A stretch of DNA of 64,000 bases from a bacterium (GTDB lineage Bacteria; Patescibacteriota; Minisyncoccia; Phycocordibacterales; UBA12088). Every line of letters begins with the position of its first letter. Position 1 is the stretch's first letter. The position numbers and the translations under genes were made by a program. Where the stretch lies: positions 7,127 to 71,126 of the forward strand of contig QKEV01000011.1 in the NCBI GenBank assembly GCA_003252295.1. Direction: 5' to 3'. Shown here one piece after another: positions 25,921-36,908 of the stretch. The notes below the pieces were generated by a model. That model saw only the letters and a program-made list of their open reading frames with translations, searched no databases and had not been told where the DNA came from.

Positions 25921-28506
25921 TTACTTGAGTACCTTTTTAAGATACTTTCCAGTGTGCGTTTTTGTCTGAGCAACCTCCTCTGGAGTCCCTTTAGCAACAA
26001 TCTTACCTCCATCAACTCCTCCTTCGGGACCAATATCAATGAGCCAGTCAGCACTCTTAATAATATCCATATTGTGCTCAATAATAACGACACTGTTACC
26101 TCTGTTAATGAGTGCATTTAATACATCTAAGAGTTTCTGCACATCATCGTAGTGCAACCCAATCGTTGGTTCATCAAGAAGGTATATGGTCTTTTGTGTG
26201 TGTGGTCTAAACAGTTCACTCGCAATCTTAACTCGTTGTGCTTCCCCACCAGAGAGCGTATTTGCTGCCTGCCCGAGCTTCAGGTACCCAAGTCCCACCT
26301 CGGTCAAAGTCTTCAACCTGTCATGCACCTGCGGAATATCCTTAAAGAACTCGTACCCCTCATCAATACTCATCTCAAGTACGTCATATATGTTTTTCTT
26401 TTTATACCGTACCTCAAGTGTCTCCTTCATAAAGCGTTTACCATTGCACACATCACACTGCACGTACACCGTAGGGAGAAAGTGCATTTCAACCGCAATT
26501 GTACCGTTTCCCTGACATGCTTCACATCGTCCACCACCCTTTGCTGTTGCCACGTTAAACGAGAACCGTCCCGCTTTCCACCCACGGAACCGTGCTTCTT
26601 CGGTCGAAGCAAACAGGTCACGAATGTAGGTCCAGGCACCCGTGTAGGTTGCCGGGTTGCTTCGTGGTGTACGTCCAATAGGACTCTGGTCCATCAAGAC
26701 CACTCTCGAGAGGTACTCCGTACCAGTGAGACTTGAGATGTTGTAGAGCTTGTTGGTTCGATACTGTCGTTCGAGTCGCGCTCGTAGGTTTTTATGTAAC
26801 AGCTCATACATGAAGGTACTCTTACCCGAACCAGAAACACCCGTGATCACCACCATCTTCTGTAGCGGTACATCTGCGTTCATACCCTTGATGTTGTTTG
26901 CGTTGCCGTTGCGCAGACGAAGCCATCCTCGCTCTTCCTCCCTTCGCACCTCAGGTATCTCTATTTCTTTTTCACCACGCAAGTACGCAAGTGTACGTGA
27001 ACCACTCATATTTCGTTTTGCCGTTAAAAGCTCTTCGAGCCATCCTTGCACGACAACCTCACCACCCTGCACACCAGCACCAGGACCGATGTCTACAATG
27101 TAGTCAGATGAAAAAATAGTATCCTCATCATGCTCAACAACAACAATCGTATTTCCGAGATCACGAAGTGCGGTGAGGGTTTTAATGAGTCGGTCATTAT
27201 CACGTTGATGCAGACCAATCGTTGGCTCATCAAGCACGTAGAGTGCACCAACGAGACCAGAGCCGAGTTGACTCGCAAGGCGTATACGCTGAGCCTCACC
27301 ACCTGAGAGCGTGTTTGCTCGTCTGTCGAGTGTCAGGTAGTCGATACCAACATTGAGCATGAACTGCAAACGTGCCTGTATCTCCCGCAATACTACTGAA
27401 GCTATTTCCTTATCCTTTTTTGAGAGCTCTAGAGAAGTAATGAAGGTATGCGCGTCCCGTATCGAGAGCGCTGTAAGGTCAACAATACTTTTTCCTACCT
27501 TTGGATCACCTCCAAGAAAAACCTGCAACGCCTCAGGGCGAAGACGTTTTCCGTTACACTCAGTACAAATATCATCATGAAAGAAACCGATCGTTCCTAG
27601 ACCGTTACAGCCACTACAGGCACCATATGGAGAGTTGAACGAAAAGAGTCGCGGCTCTACTTCAGGAAACGAGAAACCATCCTTTGGACAGATAAACTTC
27701 GAAGAGAGTACTTCAGTACTGCCATCTGGAGCTTCTATCTCTATGAGGCCATCTGACTCATCGAGAGCAAGTTCAATTGCTTCAGCAAGTCGTTCCTCAG
27801 CATCTTTTTTACCTCCCGTAAGTTCTGAAAAGAAGAGCTCATCAACGAGTACACTAATGTCATGACGTTTCTGTTTTCCAAGAGTTATCTTCTCCCGTAG
27901 GGAGTACTCTTTTTTATCAATACGTACCTTTTCATATCCCTTTCCAAGTAAGTCATAGAGCATTTGGTAATACTCTCCCTTTCGTCCAACCACAACAGGT
28001 GCCCAAAGTCGAAGTTTTCGATCATCATAGGCAACACCCATCACCTCTTTCCCTTCGCCTTTACCATGTTGCAATACAAGATCCTTCACCATCCTTTGCA
28101 TTTCCTCATTTGAGAGACGCTTGATCGGTGTACCACAAATTGGACAATAGGCACTACCTACACGAGCATAGAGAATACGAAGGTAGTCGTATATTTCAGT
28201 GATTGTAGCAACTGTTGAGCGTGGATTATTTGAACGTGATTTCTGATCAATAGATATTGCTGGCGAAAGCCCAAGTATCTCATCAACATCCGGTTTCTTC
28301 ATTTGATTCAAGAACTGTCGTGCATAAGCAGAAAGTGACTCTACGTAACGACGCTGTCCTTCAGCAAAAATAGTATCAAAGGCAAGTGACGACTTACCGG
28401 AACCAGAAAGACCGCTAATAACCACAAGAGCATTCCGTGGAATCTTCACGGAAATGTTCTTGAGATTATGTGTTCGTGCACCTTTTATGTATATATGATC
28501 TTCCAT
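25921..28506 (-). CDS. uvrA: Excinuclease ABC subunit A
   Basis: [18 protein letters not shown]...[35 protein letters not shown] is nearly identical to the E. coli UvrA N-terminus. Two ABC modules with zinc fingers. The track ORF starts at 28587; Met28 (28506) is preferred. Confidence 0.95.
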   Translation of the reverse strand: MEDHIYIKGARTHNLKNISVKIPRNALVVISGLSGSGKSSLAFDTIFAEGQRRYVESLSAYARQFLNQMKKPDVDEILGLSPAISIDQKSRSNNPRSTVATITEIYDYLRILYARVGSAYCPICGTPIKRLSNEEMQRMVKDLVLQHGKGEGKEVMGVAYDDRKLRLWAPVVVGRKGEYYQMLYDLLGKGYEKVRIDKKEYSLREKITLGKQKRHDISVLVDELFFSELTGGKKDAEERLAEAIELALDESDGLIEIEAPDGSTEVLSSKFICPKDGFSFPEVEPRLFSFNSPYGACSGCNGLGTIGFFHDDICTECNGKRLRPEALQVFLGGDPKVGKSIVDLTALSIRDAHTFITSLELSKKDKEIASVVLREIQARLQFMLNVGIDYLTLDRRANTLSGGEAQRIRLASQLGSGLVGALYVLDEPTIGLHQRDNDRLIKTLTALRDLGNTIVVVEHDEDTIFSSDYIVDIGPGAGVQGGEVVVQGWLEELLTAKRNMSGSRTLAYLRGEKEIEIPEVRREEERGWLRLRNGNANNIKGMNADVPLQKMVVITGVSGSGKSTFMYELLHKNLRARLERQYRTNKLYNISSLTGTEYLSRVVLMDQSPIGRTPRSNPATYTGAWTYIRDLFASTEEARFRGWKAGRFSFNVATAKGGGRCEACQGNGTIAVEMHFLPTVYVQCDVCNGKRFMKETLEVRYKKKNIYDVLEMSIDEGYEFFKDIPQVHDRLKTLTEVGLGYLKLGQAANTLSGGEAQRVKIASELFRPHTQKTIYLLDEPTIGLHYDDVQKLLDVLNALINRGNSVVIIEHNMDIIKSADWLIDIGPEGGVDGGKIVAKGTPEEVAQTKTHTGKYLKKVLK

Positions 28507-28683
28507 GTTGTATGTAAACGTACCCTCACAGGCAGTTTTGCCTGTGCTTGGAGGCACAGGTAGTACGTGTTTGATTGTAGCAAACAATTATCCACAATCA
28601 AGTTGTATACGTGTCAAATCATAAAAAATGCTTGGTACAATATACGTACGATCGAGATAAACATTATTCATAACTAATTTACT

Positions 28684-28884
28684 ATGGTTCATATTCGACA
28701 ACCGTTCTTTTCAATTATCACTGCAACTGTGTTCAGTCTCATGGGACTCATGTACGGCATTTCTGCAGGAAAAGGAGCTGGTATTGCTTTTGGTACAATA
28801 GAACTCAACATGTCAGCAAGTTGGGCACTCACCGGTGTCATGTTCCTCATGGCATACTTCGCACTTGTACACATCAAGGACTAG
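28684..28884 (+). CDS. Small membrane protein (66 aa), hypothetical
   Basis: Two hydrophobic helices and its own downstream terminator. Confidence 0.4.
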   Translation: MVHIRQPFFSIITATVFSLMGLMYGISAGKGAGIAFGTIELNMSASWALTGVMFLMAYFALVHIKD

Positions 28885-28906
28885 TTTCTAATAACAGTAC
28901 TTTCTA

Positions 28907-28932
28907 AAAGCCGACATACTGTGTCGGCTTTT
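28907..28932. terminator. Bidirectional intrinsic terminator
   Basis: GCCGACA tactg TGTCGGC with flanking A-run and T-run. Overlaps the uvrB stop. Confidence 0.6.
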
Positions 28933-30982
28933 ACTTTCGCTTCTTTTTTTTAACACCACCTTCCAGTGCACGTATCTCATCACGTAAAAGTGCTGCTGTC
29001 TCAAAATCAAGACGTGCAACTGCCTCATTCATCTGTTTTGTTTTCTCAGCAACCACTTTCTTGGGATTCTTTTTATAACGCTTCTCATCCACTGCAACGA
29101 GAGTATGGATCGCCTTCTCATGATCACTTCGTAATTGTTCTGTTATATCCTTCACCGCTTTTTGTATGGTCTTTGGTGTGATCTTATGCTTCTTGTTGTA
29201 CGCTTCCTGCACTTCTCGACGTCGATTTGTCTCACTGATGGCTGCCTGCATGGACTTTGTCATGGTGTCTGCATACAGGAGCACTCTGCCGTTCACGTTT
29301 CTGGCAGCACGTCCTATGGTCTGAATGAGTGATGTTTCTGAACGCAGGAACCCTTCCTTGTCAGCATCGAGGATACCGATGAGTGATACCTCAGGGAGAT
29401 CGAGTCCCTCACGAAGCAAGTTAACCCCAACGAGCACGTCGAACTCTCCCTTGCGAAACTGTGAAAGTATTTCAATACGATCAATCGTCTTCACATCACT
29501 ATGTATGTACTGTGACCGCACCTTCTTCTCCTTGAGGTACTCAGTGAGATCTTCTGCCATCTTTTTTGTCAGCGTGGTTACGAGTGAACGTTCTCCATGT
29601 TTCGTGTTCGCCACCACCTCCTTGATAAAGTCCTCCACCTGACCAGCATAACCCTTGCCTGAAATCACAGGACGTTCAATAATTTCCGGATCCAAGAGTC
29701 CCGTTGGACGAATGATCTGTTCTACAATCTGACCAAATTGCACACTCTTCTCTTTTTCATACCTTGCCGGAGTTGCTGATGTATAGAGTACAGGACCAAC
29801 ACGTTCCTCGAACTCATTAAATTGCAACGGCCTATTATCAAGTGCTGAAGGAAGGCGAAAACCATGTTCTACAAGCGTTTCTTTTCTTGACCTATCACCA
29901 GCGTACATACCTGCTACCTGCGGTACGGTCACATGCGACTCATCAATGATGGTAAGGAAATCAGGTGTACCATCCGCTTTATGCGGGAAATATGAAAGCA
30001 GAGTGTGAGGAGGTTCTCCTGCCTTTCTACCGTCGAAGTGACGTGAGTAATTCTCAATGCCGTTGCAGTACCCTACCTCACGAATAAGTGCGAGGTCGTG
30101 TGTCGTTCTGCGTTTTATGCGCTCATGCTCAAGTACCTTCCCTCTCGCTTCAAGTTCTTGTAATCGCTTCTGCAATTCCTGCTCGATATCATGCACCGCT
30201 CGCTTACGCTCATCCTCTGAGGTAATGAAGTGCTTTGCTGGGAACACGTACAGTGCTGCATGCTCGTTTTTAATAATCCTTGAGATAGGATCAAGTTCTG
30301 CAACGGTGACGATCATATCCTCTGAAAATGACACACGAAAGATAACCCGTTCATTCGTTGGCATGATCTCAACCATGTTCCCCTTAGCGCGAAACAGTCC
30401 CGGCATGAGGTCTGCATTTGTTCGAGAGAAGTGTATACGCACCAACTCACGTATGAGCTCTGTGCGAGTGAGTGCTCCACCCACCTCAAGCCGCAAGTGC
30501 ACCTTCTCGTACTCCTCAGGACTTCCCAAACCATAGATACATGAGACAGACGCGACGACGATGGTATCACGCCTCGTGAGGAGTGCTTGTGTGGAGGCGT
30601 GCCGCAGGCGCTCTATTTCTTCATTTACCATCGCCTCCTTCTCTATGTAGGTATCAGAAACTGGCATGTACGCCTCAGGCTGGTAGAAGTCATAGTACGA
30701 AACGAAGTAGTGTACGGCATTTTCGGGGAAAAACTCTCGATACTCAGCAGCGAGCTGTGCAGCGAGCGTCTTGTTGTGTGCAATGACCAAGGTCGGTTTC
30801 TGTACGTGCTGTATCACATTTGCCATCGTGTAGGTCTTTCCTGTTCCCGTTGCACCAAAGAGTACTTGGTGCTGCATTCCCTCATCTAACCCTTTCGTAA
30901 GTGCACGAATAGCCGCAGGTTGGTCACCTGCTGGTTCAAACGGTTTATGTAGCTTGAATGCTTGTTCGTTTCCGTACTTCAT
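28931..30982 (-). CDS. uvrB: Excinuclease ABC subunit B
   Basis: GATGTGKTYTMANVI Walker A, helicase motifs, C-terminal UVR domain. Confidence 0.95.
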   Translation of the reverse strand: MKYGNEQAFKLHKPFEPAGDQPAAIRALTKGLDEGMQHQVLFGATGTGKTYTMANVIQHVQKPTLVIAHNKTLAAQLAAEYREFFPENAVHYFVSYYDFYQPEAYMPVSDTYIEKEAMVNEEIERLRHASTQALLTRRDTIVVASVSCIYGLGSPEEYEKVHLRLEVGGALTRTELIRELVRIHFSRTNADLMPGLFRAKGNMVEIMPTNERVIFRVSFSEDMIVTVAELDPISRIIKNEHAALYVFPAKHFITSEDERKRAVHDIEQELQKRLQELEARGKVLEHERIKRRTTHDLALIREVGYCNGIENYSRHFDGRKAGEPPHTLLSYFPHKADGTPDFLTIIDESHVTVPQVAGMYAGDRSRKETLVEHGFRLPSALDNRPLQFNEFEERVGPVLYTSATPARYEKEKSVQFGQIVEQIIRPTGLLDPEIIERPVISGKGYAGQVEDFIKEVVANTKHGERSLVTTLTKKMAEDLTEYLKEKKVRSQYIHSDVKTIDRIEILSQFRKGEFDVLVGVNLLREGLDLPEVSLIGILDADKEGFLRSETSLIQTIGRAARNVNGRVLLYADTMTKSMQAAISETNRRREVQEAYNKKHKITPKTIQKAVKDITEQLRSDHEKAIHTLVAVDEKRYKKNPKKVVAEKTKQMNEAVARLDFETAALLRDEIRALEGGVKKKKRK

Positions 30983-31023
30983 GTAGGTATCACACAGTAT
31001 AGTACTTTTTAGATATGTTCAAC

Positions 31024-31057
31024 ATAAAAACAAGTAAGCTGCCCTAGTTAGGGCAGC
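31024..31057 (-). terminator. Intrinsic terminator after the 31072..31677 gene
   Basis: GCTGCCCTA gtt AGGGCAGC followed on the reverse strand by a T-rich tract. Confidence 0.5.
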
Positions 31058-31071
31058 TCGACACGTTAAAA

Positions 31072-31677
31072 CTATTTTCTTGCTGTTACATTTTTAACAT
31101 CATAGAAATTGACATATTCTCCACCTGGGTCAGTCGTCTCACATCCATGATAGTTCTGAAACACCATATCAGCCACCTTCATTTCAACAGTACATCCATC
31201 CTTCATGTGAAAGATAATGGTTTCTGCACCAGTTGTCACAAAGAAATTAACTTTGCTCACTAAAAAATTGCAGCAAAGTATGTCAGCATGCCAATCAAGG
31301 TAATTCCTTACCTCCTTCCCGCAGGTACCCTTCTCAAAGTGTGATGAGGAGATTTCTCGAAGTCTAGACTCGACACCCGTCACAACCTCCTCTGTGTCTG
31401 AAATTTTTGACCCTACTAACACAACACAGAGACGTTCAAGCAATAAACTGATTGTTTCTGATGTACCATTAAGTATTGCTGCGTTTTCTATCTCACGTAA
31501 AACATTTTCATACCACGGTTTTTGCTCTAACATCATTACACCTCTCTCTTGGTATTTATTAGCAATAGTGCACTCACGACATTCTGCACAATACGGTACA
31601 GTACTGTACAAAAAAGTAAACACAAAAGCTAAAGCCGAGGCAGGATTACCTCGGCTTGTAACAAAAATTTTTCTCAC
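31072..31677 (-). CDS. Hypothetical protein
   Basis: ORF. Likely true start is an internal Met (MMLEQ...). Overlaps the upstream gene by 4 nt. Confidence 0.4.
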   Translation of the reverse strand: MRKIFVTSRGNPASALAFVFTFLYSTVPYCAECRECTIANKYQERGVMMLEQKPWYENVLREIENAAILNGTSETISLLLERLCVVLVGSKISDTEEVVTGVESRLREISSSHFEKGTCGKEVRNYLDWHADILCCNFLVSKVNFFVTTGAETIIFHMKDGCTVEMKVADMVFQNYHGCETTDPGGEYVNFYDVKNVTARK

Positions 31678-32123
31678 CCATGCCGTACTTCTTTTATACC
31701 GAGCAATTTTAACTTTATAGAAACTTGACTCAACAGCATGTTTCCACTAACTGAGTCACTTTCTAATTCCATACCTTTTGTATACAGCACCACAGCACCA
31801 CCTTCATTCATACAGAAAGAAATGCTCGACTTATCTTGATTCACAATATTACGAATCTCTTCCGCAATGAAATACTCATGCACATTGTTTGCTGCTTCAA
31901 GTAACGCATCACGTGCCGGCACATAGGTTACTTCTTCTGCAAAATGACGCAGTTGTGTACAAACCTCATTCACTTCAAACTTGTGCTGATACAAACTTTG
32001 CTTAAGTATTGATAGATACGTCTGAGGAAAATGAAGATGTTCAATGTTTTGCGTTGCATCACACTGATCTATGTATATCTTCAGTGTATCTAATACCACG
32101 AGGTACCATTTCTTCCTTTTCAT
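31674..32123 (-). CDS. Hypothetical protein
   Basis: 149-aa ORF, no motif recognised. Confidence 0.45.
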   Translation of the reverse strand: MKRKKWYLVVLDTLKIYIDQCDATQNIEHLHFPQTYLSILKQSLYQHKFEVNEVCTQLRHFAEEVTYVPARDALLEAANNVHEYFIAEEIRNIVNQDKSSISFCMNEGGAVVLYTKGMELESDSVSGNMLLSQVSIKLKLLGIKEVRHG

Positions 32124-32231
32124 GAACTACCTCCCTCTAATTTGAATAGATGTTAGTATTTCTCACCAACCTAACGTAAACATACACCACAAGTTGAAAA
32201 CAGCAAGATACACATCTTGCTGTTACTTTTT

Positions 32232-33410
32232 TTATGAATGCAAAATAGCTTCTCGTTCTTTACGAACGGTTTCAATAAGGAAGTGTAGGTTGTGCATACT
32301 TGCGAGTACCGCTCCAAGCATCTCATGAGCACGGAAGAGATGTGCGAGGTACGCACGTGTGTAGTTCTGACAAACATCGCAGGTACATGTTGCATCGATT
32401 GGAGTGAAGTCCTCAATGTACTGGTTGTTGCGTAAGCCAAGCTTCACACCATTTGGACCATATACGGTACCGGTACGAGCAAGTCGTGTTGGTTGTACAC
32501 AATCAAAAAGATCCACACCTTTCGCAACTCCGGCAACCATATCTTCCGGTTCACCAATACCTAAGAGGTGACGTGGCTTTTCTTCAGGTAATTCATCGGT
32601 TACCCATCCAACAGCAGTATCGAGATCCACTTTGTGATAGCTACCACCGATACCGTATCCATCAAAATCCATAGCACCAAGCACCCGAGCACTCTCCCTT
32701 CTCAGATCCTCAAACCGTCCTCCTTGCACGACACCAAAAATACCCTGTTTCTTCTGTGCTGCAATGTTTTGTCTATGAGCAGAAAGAGAACGACGTGCCC
32801 ATGCATGCGTTCGCTCCATCGCTTCTCTCTGGTAGTCATAGTTTGCTTCCGCACCAGTACACTCATCAAACGCAAAAAATATATCAGCACCAAGCTGATG
32901 CTGTATCTCAACACTGCGTTCCGGAGTAAACCTGTGTAATGTACCATCAATGTGACTCGTAAAACTCACACCTTCGTCGTCGATTTGTGCAAGCTTACCG
33001 TGCTGACTCGCCACGTCCGGATCATACACCGTTGCAGTATACTCCTCCGCATCGAGTTCTTCTCTGGTTACCTTTGAAATAGTTTTGTTGAAACCAGCAC
33101 CCAACGAAAACACTTGAAATCCTCCCGAGTCGGTGAGCATTGGACCATCCCAATTCATGAACGCATGCAGTCCTCCTGCTTTCTCCACAAGTTCACTTCC
33201 TGGTTGTAGATGTAAATGGTACGTGTTTGCAATGAGTGTCTGCAAACCTATTTGTTTCAAGTCTTCTACAGTAAGACCTTTAACTGTTGCCTTGGTACCT
33301 ACTGCAACAAATGCTGGTGTCTCTATATCACCATGCGGCGTATGAAGTACACCAGCACGCGCCTTGCTTCCCTTTTTCTTTTTTTGTATCTCGAGAGAGA
33401 TGGCTCCCAT
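32232..33410 (-). CDS. tgt: Queuine tRNA-ribosyltransferase (tRNA-guanine transglycosylase)
   Basis: LHTPHGDIETPAFVAVGT, catalytic Asp region, and the zinc site CTCDVC...H. Confidence 0.9.
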   Translation of the reverse strand: MGAISLEIQKKKKGSKARAGVLHTPHGDIETPAFVAVGTKATVKGLTVEDLKQIGLQTLIANTYHLHLQPGSELVEKAGGLHAFMNWDGPMLTDSGGFQVFSLGAGFNKTISKVTREELDAEEYTATVYDPDVASQHGKLAQIDDEGVSFTSHIDGTLHRFTPERSVEIQHQLGADIFFAFDECTGAEANYDYQREAMERTHAWARRSLSAHRQNIAAQKKQGIFGVVQGGRFEDLRRESARVLGAMDFDGYGIGGSYHKVDLDTAVGWVTDELPEEKPRHLLGIGEPEDMVAGVAKGVDLFDCVQPTRLARTGTVYGPNGVKLGLRNNQYIEDFTPIDATCTCDVCQNYTRAYLAHLFRAHEMLGAVLASMHNLHFLIETVRKEREAILHS

Positions 33411-33413
33411 ACC

Positions 33414-33989
33414 TTACTCCACTGGTTCTAGTTCAACTTCGTCCTGCAAACTATCACCAGTGTCCTCCTTTTTTGTTACGTCAGAAATAACAACAGCACC
33501 ATTATCTAGTGGCGTGTCTTCACCATTTATGGTAATACCATCGATAGTTGCATTCACTTCATTATCAGCAGTTATGTCTTCAAGTACAACTCCTGGAAAC
33601 TCACACTGAGCTCTCTGAGCTAGTTGTTGTAATGGTACTTCACCCATAATGATGCCTCCATCAGCAAACTCCCATGTTGGGTAACTTGTGATACCAGCAT
33701 CCGCACACACCTGTACCTGATTTTTACCGTCTGGTGTTGAACATTCAACATACGGCATGAGACTTTGTGCTTCACCAAACGCACGTTTCTGTGCTTGGCA
33801 ATGTGTACACCAGAACGCTCCATACATTTTTACTCCAGTATCTGCAAGACAGGTTGCAAGTGATGCAAGATCAGACTCAGAATACTCTGTTGCTTGTGAC
33901 CCTTCCTCTTCATAGTGAGTAAGTATGATCATTGCTCCTACTACTACTAAAGCCACCAAGGTTGTAATGATGATTACTTTTTTTTCCAT
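33414..33989 (-). CDS. Membrane-anchored thioredoxin-fold protein (WCTHC active site)
   Basis: N-terminal TM helix and FWCTHCQ CxxC motif. Confidence 0.65.
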   Translation of the reverse strand: MEKKVIIITTLVALVVVGAMIILTHYEEEGSQATEYSESDLASLATCLADTGVKMYGAFWCTHCQAQKRAFGEAQSLMPYVECSTPDGKNQVQVCADAGITSYPTWEFADGGIIMGEVPLQQLAQRAQCEFPGVVLEDITADNEVNATIDGITINGEDTPLDNGAVVISDVTKKEDTGDSLQDEVELEPVE

Positions 33990-34018
33990 ACTCCTTAATT
34001 TAATATATTACGTAGTTA

Positions 34019-34627
34019 CTACTTTGTAGTTGTACCATTATACTTGTCCATTGCAGAAACTCTACCTTCACAAAGGAGACATTCCAATGCATCCCCAGCC
34101 ATTGTGATAACTGGTGCAAACTTTTCACTGTCATGCTTACTCATCTTCTTTAAAATAAAATTATGAACGCGTTCCTTACCTTGCGGCTTTTTAAATGATC
34201 CCCAAAGAGTCTTTGGAATCACACCAACACGCAAGCGCACAAATGCCTTCGTTCTTATGGCACGTTCAATTGATGCAACTCCGTTATGCCCTCCCGCTCC
34301 ACGGTCATACGTAAAACGAAGAGTACCAAAGTTAAGATCAATATCATCATGTACCACTATGAGATGTTCAGCTTCCGCCTCATTACCAATAAGTGGAGCA
34401 ACTGCCCCTCCAGAATTATTCATATAGGTATCTGGCAACACGAGCACAACCTCAACACCTGAAGGTGTAACCCCTTCAGAGATTTTCGCGTGCAACTTTT
34501 TATCATCACGCCACCCACTTGTCAGCCATCGTTCTTGCAGTGCAGCAACTACCGCACGTCCAACATTATGTCGTGTCTCTTCATACTCACTTCCTGGATT
34601 TCCAAGTCCAACTAGCACATACCTCAT
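34019..34627 (-). CDS. pth: Peptidyl-tRNA hydrolase
   Basis: LVGLGNPGSEYEETRHNVG N-terminal signature. Confidence 0.9.
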   Translation of the reverse strand: MRYVLVGLGNPGSEYEETRHNVGRAVVAALQERWLTSGWRDDKKLHAKISEGVTPSGVEVVLVLPDTYMNNSGGAVAPLIGNEAEAEHLIVVHDDIDLNFGTLRFTYDRGAGGHNGVASIERAIRTKAFVRLRVGVIPKTLWGSFKKPQGKERVHNFILKKMSKHDSEKFAPVITMAGDALECLLCEGRVSAMDKYNGTTTK

Positions 34628-34744
34628 GCATACATTATAAGTAATATGAAAGAAAAAGTTATTTACTTATGCAGATATGTGTTTCGCTTTTTTAGTTTTT
34701 TGATTGTTTGTAAAAAAATTTGTTATACTACACGTACTTGCACT

Positions 34745-35416
34745 ATGGACCCCCTGACTATTGAACCAAGAAATACTTCAAACACTACCGACATGCATAC
34801 AGAGCATACTGATGGTGGTAGTACTGAAAAAGATTCTGATAAAAAAGAATCGAGTTTTATTGGGGAGGTGTTCAAGTTTGCAGTACTCGCACTCATTATT
34901 GTCATCCCTTTCCGACTCTTCATTGCACAACCATTTATTGTAAGTGGTGCTTCTATGGAACCAACATTTGCAACAGGTGAGTACCTTATTGTTGATCAGA
35001 TAACGTACCGACTTGAAGAACCAAAACGTGGCGATATAGTTATTTTCCGTTACCCAAATGATCCATCAAAGTTTTTCATTAAGCGTATCATCGGTCTACC
35101 GGGAGAAGTGGTACAGCTCGCAAATGGCACAACGACTATTATTGATCCAGCAACACAAGAGGAAACTACTCTTGATGAAGAATACTTAGTGAAAGACAAA
35201 ACTGATGATCATCTCACTATCACCCTCTCCTCTGATGAGTACTTCGTTATGGGTGATAACCGAAGTGCTAGTTCAGATTCAAGGAAATGGGGCCCAGTAC
35301 AGAGAGACAAGATCGTAGGACGGGCTCTGATACGACTTCTTCCTGTTAATACCTTTGATGTATTTCCTGGCGCATACAACTTTAGCGCCACAGAAACAGA
35401 CAACACTAATGTGTAA
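34745..35416 (+). CDS. lepB: Signal peptidase I
   Basis: SGASMEPTF (Ser box), RGDIVIFRYP (Lys box region), GDNRSASSDSR. The track ORF starts at 34646; the ATG at 34745 is preferred. Confidence 0.85.
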   Translation: MDPLTIEPRNTSNTTDMHTEHTDGGSTEKDSDKKESSFIGEVFKFAVLALIIVIPFRLFIAQPFIVSGASMEPTFATGEYLIVDQITYRLEEPKRGDIVIFRYPNDPSKFFIKRIIGLPGEVVQLANGTTTIIDPATQEETTLDEEYLVKDKTDDHLTITLSSDEYFVMGDNRSASSDSRKWGPVQRDKIVGRALIRLLPVNTFDVFPGAYNFSATETDNTNV

Positions 35417-35431
35417 CTTTGTTGTGCAAGT

Positions 35432-36616
35432 ATGAAAACACTTCCATTTACCACTGAGTCTTTTTTCAAAAGAGCGATATGTATAGCTGAACACTACGGA
35501 TTTTCTAATATCGATGATTTACGCAAAGAAGCAAACGCAAAAGGAACCAGTCTACTTGGCTTGCAGCAACACAAAAGTGAGAAAGAGTCATTTGAGCATC
35601 ATGTACTTGAAGATACACTCAAAAAGTATACAGAAATGGTTGAGAAACAGAACAGAAAACCACTTATGTTTTACACACCATCTGTGGTATCACCTTCAGG
35701 TACACCAAGTGCAAAAATAAATGCACTTACATTAAACACCGTTGGTACCAACGACCCTCTTGCTGAAGTAGTGCTTCTCAAGAGCACTATTTCTATCCTG
35801 CAAGACCTTGGTATTAAAAATCTCCGTCTTCGTATTAACAGTATAGGTGATAAAGATTCCTCTGTACGTTTTCTTCGTGAAGCTTCATCATTTATTAGGA
35901 ACAAAATGGATGACCTTCCTGTTGAACTAAAAAATAGCATACGGACTAATCCTGGCTCCATGCTTGCAAAACTTTACCTGGAAAAACATCCTATTGTAGA
36001 CAAACTTCCAAGTCCTATTGAGTATCTCACAACACCAAGCAGAAAATACTTTAAAGAAGTGCTTGAGCTGCTGGAACATGCAGAAATACCATTCGAACTT
36101 GCTGACAAGCTCTATGCAGATCCAAGTGTATACTCACACACTATTTTTGAAGTAGTAGAACATACTGATGATTCATCTGAGGATACTGATGAACATATAG
36201 TACTTGCACGTGGTGGACGTTATGATGAACTTACGCGACCGTTTGTTCGTGGCACACTTCCATCAACTGGTATAGTTATTGCAGTAAGAACAAAGGATAA
36301 ATGTTCAAAGGTGGGACGACCTCGTAGGAGAAAACCTAATGCCTGCCTCGTACATATTGGGCGTGAAGCGCGCCTACGCAGTATCGATATTATTGAAACA
36401 TTACGTGAGCAGAAAATACCAATTGAAAGTTGTCGTTACTTTGAACGATTCTCTGATCAAATGGCATATGCAAAACGTAAGAAAACACGTTTTATCATTA
36501 TCATCGGACAACAGGAAGCAAGAGATGGTGTCGCTCTCATGAGGAACACTGACAATCACTCACAGCAAACTGTACCAATCGATATGCTGCCTGAGATACT
36601 CAAAGCGAAGTCATAG
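35432..36616 (+). CDS. Histidyl-tRNA synthetase-like protein (class II core plus anticodon-binding domain; motif 2 degenerate)
   Basis: Motif 3 LARGGRYDEL, a HisRS-like AEVVLLK...LGIKNLRLRINSIG segment, and a C-terminal HGTP-anticodon-like RFIIIIGQQEARDGVALMR. The motif 2 Arg residues are not evident. Confidence 0.5.
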   Translation: MKTLPFTTESFFKRAICIAEHYGFSNIDDLRKEANAKGTSLLGLQQHKSEKESFEHHVLEDTLKKYTEMVEKQNRKPLMFYTPSVVSPSGTPSAKINALTLNTVGTNDPLAEVVLLKSTISILQDLGIKNLRLRINSIGDKDSSVRFLREASSFIRNKMDDLPVELKNSIRTNPGSMLAKLYLEKHPIVDKLPSPIEYLTTPSRKYFKEVLELLEHAEIPFELADKLYADPSVYSHTIFEVVEHTDDSSEDTDEHIVLARGGRYDELTRPFVRGTLPSTGIVIAVRTKDKCSKVGRPRRRKPNACLVHIGREARLRSIDIIETLREQKIPIESCRYFERFSDQMAYAKRKKTRFIIIIGQQEARDGVALMRNTDNHSQQTVPIDMLPEILKAKS

Positions 36617-36667
36617 GACAAGCTGTATACTTGCTCACTATTAGTGCGTGTGGTACGATATCCCGCA

Positions 36668-36907
36668 ATGATTAATGTTGAAGTACAAAGACACGGAAAT
36701 GAAAACGTTGGCGGTTTAATGCGTCGTTTTTCACGTAAGATGCAGAGCAGTGGCGTTATCCGTCGTGTTCGAGGTTTGCGATACCATAAGCGAAACACCT
36801 CTAACGCAAAACAAAAGAAAGAGGCACTTATTCGCATTGAACGAACTGAGAAGTTTTTGAAAATGCATAAAGAGGGTCGTAAAATGCCTTCAAAGGGCCG
36901 TCGTTAA
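36668..36907 (+). CDS. rpsU: 30S ribosomal protein S21
   Basis: MINVEVQRHGNENVGGLMRRFSRKMQSSGVIRRVRGLRYHKRNTSNAKQKKEALIRIERT follows the S21 pattern. Start taken at Met9 of the track ORF. Confidence 0.7.
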   Translation: MINVEVQRHGNENVGGLMRRFSRKMQSSGVIRRVRGLRYHKRNTSNAKQKKEALIRIERTEKFLKMHKEGRKMPSKGRR

Positions 36908-36908
36908 A

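Noticed and set aside
30983-31071. LexA box upstream of uvrB (ATATGTTCAACATA palindrome)
   Set aside because: It is palindromic but arranged GTTC...AAC rather than GAAC-N4-GTTC or CTGT-N8-ACAG, so it is not claimed as a LexA site.
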